Assembly (NCBI GenBank): GCA_036172245.1
Contig: JAYWIR010000021.1
Coordinates: forward strand, 1,736,001 to 1,800,000
DNA from: Raillietiella orientalis
Taxonomy: Eukaryota
Length of the DNA: 64,000 bases
Direction of reading: 5' to 3'
Part shown: positions 52,947 through 64,000 of the stretch, piece by piece
Layout: each line of letters starts with the position of its first letter
Position numbering within the stretch: the stretch's first letter is position 1
Translations under genes and position numbers: made by a program
The notes under the pieces: model-generated
Told to the model about the DNA's origin: nothing
What the model saw: the letters and a program-made list of their open reading frames with translations, nothing else
Databases searched by the model: none

Positions 52947-53489
52947 TCAGAAGGCCGTGTGGTGCTGAGCGGGGAGGATAAACTCCCGGGAACCGGGGAA
53001 AAGATAGCTCTCCAGGTCCCTCCCTCTGCTCAGCCGCTCCGACGAGGAGATCCGGTCCTTTGTTGAGTGCAGCTCTATCTTGAGGTTCTCGTTCTCCCAG
53101 ATCAGCTCCCTCACCATCTCGTCGCAGGAGAGAAGACAGTTGTAGATGCAGTCCGCCTCCTCCTCGCCCAGGAGGTAAAAGTTCTTCCTCCGCCTCCTCT
53201 TCGGCTTCTTCCTGAGGATCCACCTGGCTGCGGAGAAGGCGGCGAAAGCCAGGAAGAGCACGATTGCCGCCGTGAGGGCGTAGCGGAACCAGGAGTGCAG
53301 GAACCCCCTGGCGCCCTCGGCGGACGGCCTCACGACTTCCTGGGCCCGCGCGGCTGGAGGAGTGGCCTTTGGCCTGCTGCCCTGGACCTTGTAAGCCTTC
53401 TTGGCCATGTACTTGGACACGGGCTTCTTCTGGGGGTTCTTGGAGTGAGGGGTCAGGTGTTTCTTGCCCTTCGGAGGTTTCGTGGCCAT
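52947..53489 (-). CDS. Orphan 180-aa single-pass membrane protein (basic N-terminus, TM helix, basic stop-transfer, short coiled coil)
   Basis: Uninterrupted ORF with ggATGG start and G/C-ending codons; TM YALTAAIVLFLAFAAFSAA followed by RKKPKRRRRK; a pyrimidine-rich AG acceptor (ttccttccag) lies ~35 nt upstream. Confidence 0.55.
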   Translation of the reverse strand: MATKPPKGKKHLTPHSKNPQKKPVSKYMAKKAYKVQGSRPKATPPAARAQEVVRPSAEGARGFLHSWFRYALTAAIVLFLAFAAFSAARWILRKKPKRRRRKNFYLLGEEEADCIYNCLLSCDEMVRELIWENENLKIELHSTKDRISSSERLSRGRDLESYLFPGSREFILPAQHHTAF

Positions 53490-55599
53490 CCTTTCCCTTC
53501 TCTTTCAACTCGCCATCGAAATCTCTGGAAGGAAAAGATGTTGGCAGTCCGAGGCTGACTGACCCCAGGCATGTAAACACGTAAACAAGACCAATCGATT
53601 CTATTTTAAACGTTCCATTGCATAGGAACAATGCGTCCTGTTTCCCATTTTACTTCCAGCAGTTTTTCCATCATCGCTTGATCACCTCTTTTTTTTTTTT
53701 TTTTTTTTTCATTCCATCATCTGCGTGTACGATTTTCGAGAATAAAATTTAGCATCTCCGTGGGGATGCCTTTTGCACGAATAAGTACAAGGAAGAAAGT
53801 CCAAATTCAAGTCATCTTACCTGACGACCGAGAGTCAGGCAGCAGCGACCCCGAAGTCACCACACTTCCGCTTATGTGCTTATCCGAACAGCCATAGGGA
53901 CGGCTGAGTGAGCAGCGGCGACCGGAAGAAACGGTAAGATTGTCAAAAATATTTGTAGAAACAGATGCTTACGATCAGGTTAGGTTTAGAAAGTACTGTA
54001 TTCCTGGTTTCCACAGTTACCAGAAAGTCCTTCGAGTGCTCGTTGACAACGCACTCTTTTCGTCGAGCGCCTGTTTTACTAAACGGAAGACTAATTCAAT
54101 TTATGGTGAAAAGATGTCGCTGCAAGCACCTTTCAGTTTTGCCTTTCCTCCGACTTCACAAGGGAAAAGAAATACAGGCAGGGAAATAAGGAAGTTACCA
54201 GAAAGATCTTCGGGTAGCCTTCAATGCTTGGCTATTTTTAATTAAGGGGGGTAGGCAGTAAGAGAACACAAACAGTGCTCTGTTGCAAGGATACAGATCT
54301 CAATTAATACTTGCATCGAACTGGACCAACCTGGGGAATCCACGTGACGCACACATTCAGAAATACTCTTAGGCGATGAGTGCTTAGGAGGGCGGTGTGG
54401 TCTTTGGGGGCATTCTCGTGTGTTGTCTCTTCGAAGGATGTTTTCTCTTGTAATCTCTGAATACAGACTGTAGGCTTATTTGGGGGAAATGGAAGACATT
54501 CGTTAGGATGGCAACCCAGTGGCCGCTTTGTCCTGGTCCATCGAGTCAAAAGACTTGCCTTACAGGAGTGGGCCCATTGCTGGTGGTAGGAGACCGGCAT
54601 CCTCAGGTCTCGGAACGAAAACACAAACGGTTCCCACGTTCCTCAGAGTGCATCCAAAATTTCAGCACCAGCACCACGATCTCTTCCTCAGAGAGCTCGT
54701 GGCAGATTCAGAATTCCACTCGGCGTGGTCCGACGGGGAAACGGCGGGGCGCCATCCCTGGTGGAGAGACTCCGCAGCCGCCACTCGCCGGGGTCACCAT
54801 GCTTCACCACGCGGCGAAGCCGAGCCTAGGAAAACCACGCTGGCCGGCTGCGGGCCATCCGGAAACGGCCATTTTCCGGAAGAAAGAACGATCCATACCG
54901 AGAAGGCCTAACGCTTTGGGTGCGGAGCTCATCACATTGAAACGTTCCGCGTTGATGCGGCACGCGAGTCGCAGTGGCGATCCCGGGGGACGGAATGCAT
55001 ATTCGCGTACCGCGCACTTGATCAGAGGTACCAACTCACTACATGAAGTGCTGATTAAGGTTACTGTTACAACTGTTCACACACACCTCTATTTGTTGGT
55101 TATTTACGCCTTTATCTATTGTTTATTTATTTTATTTCCACATTGAAGTGACTCTATGAAAAAACGAGCATAGTTAGCCGACATAAATAGAATTTTGTTT
55201 ACTGCCGTTACTAAGGGAATGACAAGAACGTAAGTGGATGCGTCCATCTCAAACATGGATCATGTTAACTTATGTCGCATGTACAAGGTAAAAACATTTG
55301 TCGAACGCATATGAGCCCATAGTCGACGATGATAATTTTCGTCGGACGCGTGAATGGATCCATAGCACTCAAAGGGTTAAGGAAGTTTACTGAGAAAGTT
55401 GCATTTGCCGGGCGTTGGAAATGACAGGAAAAGGAAACGCGTGGCATCGCCAATTATAAACCATAGAACTGGCAACTTGAGATGGTGAAGGCGAGGGTGA
55501 GAGAGCAAAACGTGTGGAAAACGAAAAAGAAAATTGTGCACACGAAAAAGTGCACCGGAGGGGTGGATTAGGGGCGACTGTACGGAAGCGGTTCATACA

Positions 55600-57020
55600 A
55601 GGGATGGCTGACTTCCAGAATCATCGACTTCATTTTGACTTCCTAAGGATTGTCCTTTGGGGCAAAGGGAGGTCCCGAGTCCGCTTGAAGGACTTGCGTT
55701 CTCCGCGTCGGGACGGCGGTCTCGGCCTACTGACGCTGGAGCGGCTGGAGTTTCAGCTCCAGTTGAGGATACTTGTCCTTGTGGAGAAGTTCTGGAGCAT
55801 CACCTGGTGCGACCGTCGAGCAAGCCAGAGGCAAAGCAGCACTTGCGCCCTTCCTTGCACTCCGTCGCCGCCACATCTATCACTGAGGATTGCATCTTCA
55901 GTGGGTGGCCACGCTGAGGAGGAAAAACACGGGGAGGGATCTCCTGCCACCCCGCGAACGGTAGTGCCTGGCTACAGGAAACCGTTTGCACGTGGGCGAG
56001 GAGCCAGGAGCGAAGCACGGAACAGGTGCGCCGGTTCTTGTTCATGAGCAACAACCGCTGCACGCTCGGAGAGATCCTGGAGGATTCCGGAAAAAGCGCG
56101 TGGGCAAAAAGAACTTCCCTCCTTGCAGCGCTGCTCTCCCTCAGGGAACACCTGAGCAGCAACATCGCGGCTAAATGGGAAGTTTAGGTGAACATCTCCG
56201 GGAGGGAGAAAGGACTGGGCGAGTAGAAGACGGGTCAGCTTACCGACGCTGCAACCCCGAGTACATGGACTCTGGAGCTGGAGCGAGCTACAGGATGCTT
56301 CGTTCGAACACCTGTAGTGGCCTTCGGGCTCATGGACACCCGCACCCTCTCCTTGAAGTGGCAGAATTCGGCGCTGTTGGTGCTGCACTGGGGTTTCCCA
56401 TGCAACGCCCACCGTCATCACCGGACGCGGGAAGGGGTTACCCAAACTGTGTCAGATGCGGGGAGAGTGAATCCCTCCCTCACTTGCCAGTGGACTGTGT
56501 TGCCCTCCGGCCCCTCTGGGAACACTCTGCAGCGGCTCTGGGAACCCCTGGAGGCAACTCCAGGCAGTCATTGAAACCCCTCTTCGTTCGCGACACCTTT
56601 CGGTCAGCGGCTTCCCTGGCAGCTCTGTGCTGCCCACGTGGATCGTCGCTGCATGAAGCAAAGTAACAGGAGGACCCAGCGATAGAGATGCCATCCACTT
56701 GACCGTCCAATTCATCAGGATATCGATGCGTTGGCCCCACCTGGACAAGACTATACAGCAAGACCTTGCCGGCATTCTACAGAGGATGAACAGGACTGCC
56801 ACCAGCAGACAGTGATCCCTTCCCACACACCCCAAAGTGTGTTTATTTTCATTTTTTGTTTCTTTTTTTTTTTTCTTTTTGTTTGTCCTCTCTCCTCCAA
56901 TGCTGTGGTGGACAGCGCCAGTCTGCGAACCGGTGACCCGGCAGACTCGCACAAAAAGCGCGTGGTTTGACCGCCGGTCTAATCACAGTTCTCATAACAT
57001 GTTTATTTTTTATTGAAATA
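55600..57020 (+). mobile_element. 5'-truncated L1/Tx1-like element (RT thumb, zf-RVT, 3' UTR)
   Basis: VLWGKGRSRVRLKDLRSPRRDGGLGL (L1/Tx1 FxW..GGLGL motif); LLVLHWGFPCNAHRH and, after a frameshift, PNCVRCGESESLPHLPVDCVALRPLW; T-rich tail. Confidence 0.8.
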
Positions 57021-57428
57021 GATGCCCCGGCGCACCCGGGTGGGAATCGACTCCATTTTGTAGTCCTGGATCGCGATGGATGTCCAATGCCACGATCCCG
57101 AAGGCCGCCATTCTCGTTGAAAGATGGCAATCTGTCTATCTAAGAGGGAGGGTGAGCCGAACTGGCAACTGGTGGGCGCCCTGGTTATCCGTGAAGATGA
57201 TCGAGGGGTTTTTCCCGAGGGACGAGCACCCAGAGGTGCGGCGGACGTATCGAGGGCCGAATGTTCCTCACCGCCGCGGATTCCCTGCGCGTTGTCCGCG
57301 CACTCTTTCCCCTGAGGCACGTGGCGAAGCGCTCAACAAGCAGCACGCGGCGGAGGGGAAACTCACCTCTGCGCCCCACCCCTCGGAGGTGACCAGCGCT
57401 TGGAAGACGTTCGCGAAACTGCTCCCTC

Positions 57429-57590
57429 GCAAAATTATAAAAATAAAAATAATGGAAAATTCCCCCTTCGCCATTTATTAGCCTCGCACAACTTTTCTTA
57501 TCACAGCCCTCGCAAAAAATCTGTGATAAGAAAAGTGTGCGAAGCTAATTAATGGCGAAGGGGGAATTTCTTTTTATAATTTTTTTTGTG
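57429..57590. repeat. AT-rich imperfect palindrome (foldback)
   Basis: AAATTCCCCCTTCGCCATTTATTAGCCTCGCACAACTTTTCTTATCACAG ... CTGTGATAAGAAAAGTGTGCGAAGCTAATTAATGGCGAAGGGGGAATTT; ~50-bp arms with a 14-nt loop. Confidence 0.9.
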
Positions 57591-57619
57591 ATTCCTTTTG
57601 CTCTGCCATTTCTAACGCT

Positions 57620-60600
57620 CACCAAGTTGAACTTCCTCAAGAACGCCGCGATTGTGAACCGAACCCGATTTTTCCGCTGCACCTTTCGTTCCGGGACACT
57701 GGAAGCTTCCCCATGAGATCCGTGTAGGGTCGAGTGATTCCCGGCGAGGGAACGGTTTCGTGAGGACCGCCGTCAATCGGTCCGGGCAGAGCTCCAAGCC
57801 GCTGGAGGTGCGTTGGCCCTGGGAAGCACGGAAGTTCCAGGGGCAACCCGCTTCCGCCAGACTGTCAGTCAGGGTCTCAGCCTTGGCCCTCACTCTCCCC
57901 CTTGAAGGAGGCTGTCTTCCCGAGTAGACGGGGTCCCAGAAGGATTGCCGAGGTGCCTGTAGGACCCGATCTCGCATCACATCCGTCTGGGAACTCGGAT
58001 TCGTTGCCTGAGACGCGGAAGATCCAGAAGGGAGAGCAGAGCGCTCCTTGAGAGGAGATGCGATCGCGTAGTTCTTGGAGAGAATCCAATCGTTCTTGAG
58101 GGGTTTCCGGGGAGTCGGCAATCAAAGGGAGGAACGACGACCTTGTCCGAATCCAGACTGGAATTTGCGAAGCAAGGGGGGGGGGGGGGGAAGAAACCGG
58201 ATCAATAAAGAGCCCATTGGAGAACCCTATTGATCTGGTGTTTCGTGGGTCGGCTTTCGCGAAGGTTGCAGATGCTCCAGAGGCCCCGTTCCCTCCTCTT
58301 GCCTCCTTTTCAGGGAAAACGGGACGTGACGCGGCGCACAGTGCAGGCTCGCACAGGGTATTCCCTGACCAGGGAAAAGTTGCCCAAGGCTGCTTGCGGG
58401 TGATCGATGATGACCTTTGGGCTTCATTCCCAACTTGTTCGCGGTCGATCCCGGTCGATCTGATCGTGTAGCGAGCGCTTGCATGACCAGCGGCCATGCA
58501 GCCAGCACGGAGGGCGATCGACCATGAGCCAGCGTGCGTTCCGAGAACGGAGGTCCACATCGTCCTGGGAGCGAGTTGGCGCCTCCAGTAGCGGGCGGGT
58601 TCGACGTCCGCCTCCCATCGCATGGCTCTCGGGTTCGGAACAGAGGGCTGTCCAGGTCACGGGGTTGCCCAACGTAAGCAACTTCTCACGCGACCCTGGG
58701 GTGAGGACCTCCACGCCCTCTCGGACGAACTCCCGTGCCCTCTGTAGAACGCGGGGGATGGGTGGGATTGGGGGTTCGAGATCTATGCCGGCATCGTCGG
58801 ATCGTCCCAGGGATGCTCTGGAGCTCGAGTCACCCGGGCAGGGTCCAGTCGTGAACCTCTGGAGGCTCCCGGAAGAACTGAAGCGAAGGAGAACTCTCTG
58901 CAGTCGCCCACTTGGTGCAGCTACCCAGGAGCTCCGTGACCGGGTTGGTTGGGAAAATGCCACACCCGAGAGCTCCGCTTCCGCCTTTAAAGTCCATCAT
59001 GGCACGCCGCGAACCTCAGGGAGGAAATCCCACAGCAGCGGCGCCCAGATACGCGCGCGCGCCATGCCCCGGCATGCGGACGCTCGGCGATTGGTTGGGC
59101 ACCGCGTCACGGCCGAGAGGCAGACTCGGTAGCCTTCCGTTTGGACTTCGCCTGGGGTCTTGCGAAGCTCTTGAACACCACTCACGCCGCCCGAGGGTGC
59201 ATGTGACTCTTCAAGGGTTATAGGGGCAACTGCGTAGGGATTATACTAGGAATCACTCCTCAGGGAGGGGTTCGTTCCTCTCTTTCTCTTGGGTGAGAAC
59301 CCCGAAGCCCTGGTTGTCTTTCCGGAGGGACCCCTCAGGAGGGGCCGCTCCTGTTTTCCTCCTTTGAAGAGAATTTGAAGGGGACGCTTTCCATTTTCTT
59401 TGAAGAAGTGGAGGCCTCCCCGAATGGAGCAAAGCACTTCTTGCACTCTGGAGAGGCGATTCCCGTTGGGGGGGAGGGAGTATCAGCTAGCACCGTGGTA
59501 CGAGATAGAGAGTCCCCCTTCAAGGGGTGGGTGAAGAATGACTCTCGAAGGGCTTTGTGGATTTCCGGAAGGACCCAAGGGTCCACTTCCAATCCCTCGG
59601 AGGCCAGTCAACGTGGGCATCCAGGGCGTTTCCGGTTTCCACCAGTGCCACCGCACTCGAAGCCAACTGAGACCAACCAGAGTCCATCCTGCGAGGGGGC
59701 ACAAGAGGGAATCGAAACCCATGATGCACCCCCATTTCTCTGGCGCGGTCGATCCTTCACCGGGCAGGATTCGAACCCGCGACGCCCGGTGCCACGCGGC
59801 CTCCAACGCGTGGTGGAACAGATGCTGTGCCTCACGAATCTCTCAAGAGAGGCTGACCTCCATTTCTAGGCGGACCAGCTGACAGCACCGCGCCACATCC
59901 CGTGGTCGGGAAAAACTCGTCCTCCAGATCCACCTACGAGCAGGAAGGCGCCGCACGCCCCGGGGACAGGAGTAGCTCGGTGACGGCCGCAGCAACGGTC
60001 GCCTTCCTGAAGAGGGGACTCGGCGACCTGCGTCACCCCTTGCCCCCTGGATGAAACCGCCTGCCCCCGGGGATGCAGCACTGGACCGTTACAGACTCTA
60101 CGCAACCCCTCCTGGCGTGGGAGGGAGGAGCGAGAGGAGGACTGCGAGGCAGCGGGGTGGGGAATGCGTCAGGTCGCGGAGGTCGGCAATCCCGTCAGGG
60201 GCTGCTCGAGCAGCCGGCGCACGGACACGCTCTCGAAGATCTCTCGTGGAGCTCGAGAACAACTCCTGGATTGAGGGACCCTCGGGATTTTCCGAGGATT
60301 CCAGAGGAATCCTCTCCGATCTCGCTCTTCCCGATCTCCGCCTCCGCTGGAGCGGTTCGCCTCCCACTCATCGCTCGAACGCCACTGCTCTGAGACCTCC
60401 CTGAAAGCTCGCTCCACCTTCCACCTCCCTCCCTTTCCATCCAGAAGGGAAACGGATGGCGGAGAAAAGGGGGGAGAGAGGGGAGTTTCTTTTTAATTTG
60501 TGCATCGAGGGCGTCTCCCACCAGATACCACGGAAGCTTCGGTTCTGCGAACGAGCGCCGTCCACAAGTACACCGGAAATTCCTTGCCTGCAAGCACAAG

Positions 60601-62300
60601 CACCGGCGGGTGATCGGGCAGCAGGCGCGACCGTAGGGACGCGCGTCGGGTCACCCTCTGGTCCGGGTGATCTCCCAGGAGCGTGTGACCCGCGCCTTCG
60701 TGCACGCTGGCCTCAAACCAGCAAATGCGCTGCTGCCTTGCGCCAGCGCCCGTAGCCCTCCTGCCCGGGAGTCCTGCGTGCTCGTCCTTGAAGGGGTTCG
60801 GATGTTGAGACCATTCACCACTGGGTGGGCGATCCGAGACGGCTGACTCCTCGACGCGGCGAGGAACGCGGAACGTTCCCGCGTGCAGTTCTCCGTTTCA
60901 TCGGGGAAGAAAGTTGGGAAGAACCACGCGTCGGCGACCGTCAGTTGGATCGTGCGGGATCACCGGAGCGCCAGCCCTCCTCCCCTGCCCTTTTCTGTCC
61001 GACGCCCCGCGCAGCGTCGAGGAGCCCACGCCCGGCTGCAGAGCGAAGAGCCTCAGTCCGCACTGCCGCCGCGTCGTCCAAGAGGCCGCAACCCCCCCGT
61101 ACCGAACGAGAGCCAATCAGCCAAAGAGACGAGCAGAGCGCCGTCTTCCGCCGGGACAAGACGGAGCAGCGTGGAGTCGACGCCGACGCTCGTAAGCCGC
61201 GCTCCTCCGAGGTCGTGCTACGCGCTTCACGTCGCCGACGTCTACAGTCCTCCCCCTCCCCCGCCGCTCTCTGCCGGGCAGGGGGGAGGCACCTGACAAC
61301 TCTGGAAAGCAAGCGTTCGGGAGGAAGACTTTGTCCCCCTCGTGAGCGTGGGGCCAGCCAGGCAAGATCTTCCCCGCCGTGGCGGATCTCTCGCTCGTGG
61401 TCCAAGACCGCACATGTGCTGTGGTCCAGGAGGAACTGGATCGTGAGTCGCGTGCCGAGATCCATCGTGGAGGAGCCACGCGCGATCGAGCTCAGCCTTC
61501 CTGCGTCTTGCGCGTGGTCGCCGTCCACGCTGTCCGTCTGTGGTACTTGGAGCTGGAAGAGAGGTGCGAGCAGCGAGGGAAGCGAGTCCTCGCGAAAAAA
61601 GGTCTGCCTACGCATCCTATGCCACCGACGTAGCCAGACCAGCGACCTACAGGATGCTTGTCCCCAGGCAAAGGCAGTCGCCACTGACAACCGGCGGCGC
61701 AAGCAGCTCGCGCTGCCATTTTCCGAGGAGTGGGAAAGGGCCGAAGGGGGTCTCCGCGCGTTCGGGAGGAGAGACGCTGAGACCCCTCGGCAAAAAGGGC
61801 TACTACAACTACGGGTGGGTGCATCAGTAATTCCCATCGGAGACGCGCGAGGTGCTTCCGCCGCGGTGGTCCTCGGCACTGTCGTCGTGTCGGAGATTTT
61901 CGGTGCCCCGGCAAGCGCTGCGAGTGGCCCAACGGACGAGCAAGACGGAGCTCCGGAGGACGCAGGACGTCTCAGGCTTGGCTTCTCAGGCTTGCGCTTC
62001 TCGGAACTCGCGGCACGTCACGCGCCGAAAGCAGAAGTGGCAGCGACCCTTCCAGGCACGGCGCGCCGTGGAGAGGAGGCGGCGGAGAGGCAGCAGACCG
62101 GAAAACGGAAGCGGCAGCAGCAGCCCGCCTCCGCGCGTCGCGGCCGCGACGCGACCCCCTCCGAGAAGGGAAACGCCCTGAGCTGCCTCCCTCGACGAAC
62201 GCGGCGTGCGTGCACACGATCGAGCTCAGCCTCTTCGCGTCCTGCAGCGAGGAGGGTGTCCACGCCCTCTTAGAAGACAATCTCCCTTGCCGTCTAGCTC
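57620..62300 (-). mobile_element. Longest decayed L1/Tx1-like copy (ORF1, endonuclease, RT remnants)
   Basis: FPDH (EN end, ~59905), HWWKP (WKLN-like, ~59640), PITLEE..KTPG (~59150-59220), FW..GRV..LAEAG thumb-like segment (~57850-57940); no intact ORF. Confidence 0.55.
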
Positions 62301-62899
62301 GAGGTCGCGATGTCTGCCCGCATCCGTCCCGGCCGAGAGAGTGTGGGAGCCAGAATGACGAGACTCCCGCTCTTGCGGCGGCTGCGCGCGCCCCTTTCGA
62401 ATTCCGAGATGCGAACGAGCAGTCGCCTCGCTAAGGAGGCGAGTAGTAGTGGCGGCGGCGAGTCGTCTGAAATCTCCCGCGCCGGGAAGGGAGGCTGCTG
62501 CTCCTCTCCGCTGTCGGCACCCCCTAGAACGAGGAAAGCACGTGCCGTGACGGGGTCCCGCTCGCCCGTAGGCGCTGGCCACGTCCTTCCGCGATCGACG
62601 CGCACGATCCGTTACGCTCCCGACTCGCTCCATCCCTGAAAGTGCGCGCATGGCCTCACGTGCCTCGCCGGGGTCAAGTCCGCGGCGATACTAGTCTGTA
62701 GGATCCGCTCGAGGATGGACGCGCAAGGCACACACACACACCCCTGCTTCTTCTTGGTCTCCTTTTCCACAGTCGGATCATGCAGACCAATTCGCGTGGC
62801 GCCCTCGACAAGAGCGACGTCCGTCCCGAACTCACCAGCAGGGAGACGTCACTCCCTGAGGGAGCATCTAGCAGCAATCTACTGGCGTGGCGGAAGCTC

Positions 62900-63495
62900 T
62901 CTTTCCTGACTCTGGAGAGGTATCGATCCGTCTGGTCCGTGGCACGGGGTGGTGAGGGTCCTCCAGAAGGGGGGGAGGGACGCCTCGATTTGCACACCCA
63001 GACGGGAGACCCGAAGGACTACTTTGTTCCTGAAAGGAACACGGAGGGTCAATTTTCAATCCCGGTCACCCCTCGGGGATATCCGGGGGTTTCCGGCTTC
63101 CACCAGTGCCGCACCCACTTCTTTCCTCCTCTGAAAAGAACTCCCGAATATCCCACAAGGTCGCTTCCCGGAGCAAGCAACGCGCTTCTTCACACTCTGG
63201 AGAGACAACAGAGGCAACCTACTGAGGGGGACATCAACCAGTTCCATGGGTGCCATGGAGGGTCTTCCCTGAGTAGTGGCATGGCTCCATTTTCGCAAAC
63301 CGAAGGGAATTACGAAAGGTACCTTAATTTCTGGAAGGAATCTGATGGCAACTCGCCCTGGTTGTCTCTGTAGGGACCTTCTGGAAAGGATCCACTCGTT
63401 GTTTACTCTTCTGAAGGGTGCTTCCCGGAGCCACAAGATCCTGGCAATCCCGGCCAGTCAACGGATATATTCGGAGTTTCCGGCCTCCACCAGTG
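62900..63495 (-). mobile_element. Two tandem fragments of the post-endonuclease region of the same family
   Basis: TTTCCGG(C/T)(C/T)TCCACCAGTGC occurs at ~63090 and ~63476 in the same orientation as at ~59629. Confidence 0.55.
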
Positions 63496-63499
63496 CAGA

Positions 63500-64000
63500 G
63501 CTCCCTTAGGGAATGTGTCTGTCCTCCCTTAGGGAATATGTCTGCCCTCCCTTAGGGAGCACATACACAGCAGCCTTACGGCTAAATGGGAGGTGTGGAA
63601 ATCTCCTGAAAGAGAAGAGGACTGGGCGAGTGGATGGCGGGCCAGCTCACCGACGCTGCGACCCCGAGTGCTCGATCTTCTGAATTTTTGCACTGGGGCG
63701 TGCTACTGGGTATTCTGGAGGAAGACCTGCAGTGGCCCCCGGTGCTCATGAACACCCGCATCCTATCCTTAAAGTGGCAGGAGTCGGCATAGATGCTGCT
63801 GCACTGGGACCTCCCGTGCAACGTCCGCCGGCATCTGTGGACACGAGTGTGTGTGGATCCAAACTGTGCAAGGTGCGAGGAGCGGGAATCCCTTCCGCAC
63901 CTCCTAGTAAACTGTGTTGCCCTCCAACCCCTTTGGGGACACTTTGCCGCGACCCTTGCAACTCCCGGTGGCAACGCCGGAAACGATTTAAAGAGCCTCC
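63500..64000 (+). mobile_element. 3' part of an L1/Tx1-like element (zf-RVT), runs off the window
   Basis: LLHWDLPCNVRRH..CARCEERESLPHLLVNC; homologous to 56140-56590 and the reverse complement of 35033-35338. Confidence 0.8.
63501..63559 (+). repeat. 23-bp tandem repeat (2.5 copies) CTCCCTTAGGGAAT(G/A)TGTCTG(T/C)C
   Basis: Seen directly; a single-copy equivalent (CTCCCTCAGGGAA) lies at ~56136 in the sister element. Confidence 0.85.

Noticed and set aside
55264..55380. ..GCACTCAAAGGGTTAA as a piggyBac-like terminus (also TTAAGGGGGG at ~54242)
   Set aside because: No matching partner terminal repeat or transposase in the window.
59760..59795. GGGTTCGAATCCTGCC on - as a tRNA gene
   Set aside because: No D-arm or acceptor stem; it lies inside the retroelement's post-endonuclease region.
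60825..62273. 482-aa and other long Arg/Ser/Pro-rich ORFs in 39-63 kb
   Set aside because: Expected by chance in GC-rich DNA; they are antisense to or overlap decayed retroelements and have no domain signature.
63501..63559. TTAGGG as interstitial telomere
   Set aside because: Only one hexamer per 23-bp unit, derived from element sequence.

Overview
Eukaryotic (most likely invertebrate animal) genomic DNA with two sharply different compartments. (1) About 1-19.5 kb is AT-rich and very gene-dense. It holds five conserved genes that I spliced by hand, mostly with 42-60 nt introns: CTNNBL1 and SLC35B3 on +, and CASD1, RTTN (rotatin) and a SAM-less SAMHD1 on -. Same-strand neighbours are only 133-228 nt apart, with a polyA signal followed by an AG acceptor in the gap, which suggests two converging, possibly trans-spliced operons. 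(2) From about 20 kb GC content rises and the region becomes a graveyard of decayed non-LTR retrotransposons: several L1/Tx1-like copies with five zf-RVT ends, and one or two R2/RLE-like relics. Lineage-specific genes are embedded among them: an 11-exon secreted Gly/His/Tyr-rich protein (~486 aa, TATA box, poly-His repeats), a Cys-module + C-type-lectin-domain protein, a possible paralogous micro-exon gene and an orphan single-pass membrane ORF. Also present are a pre-miRNA-like hairpin, a foldback palindrome, a tRNA-like fold and an identical inverted duplication about 28.5 kb apart. All calls come from motif recognition and manual splicing; no searches were run. Transposon boundaries are approximate.
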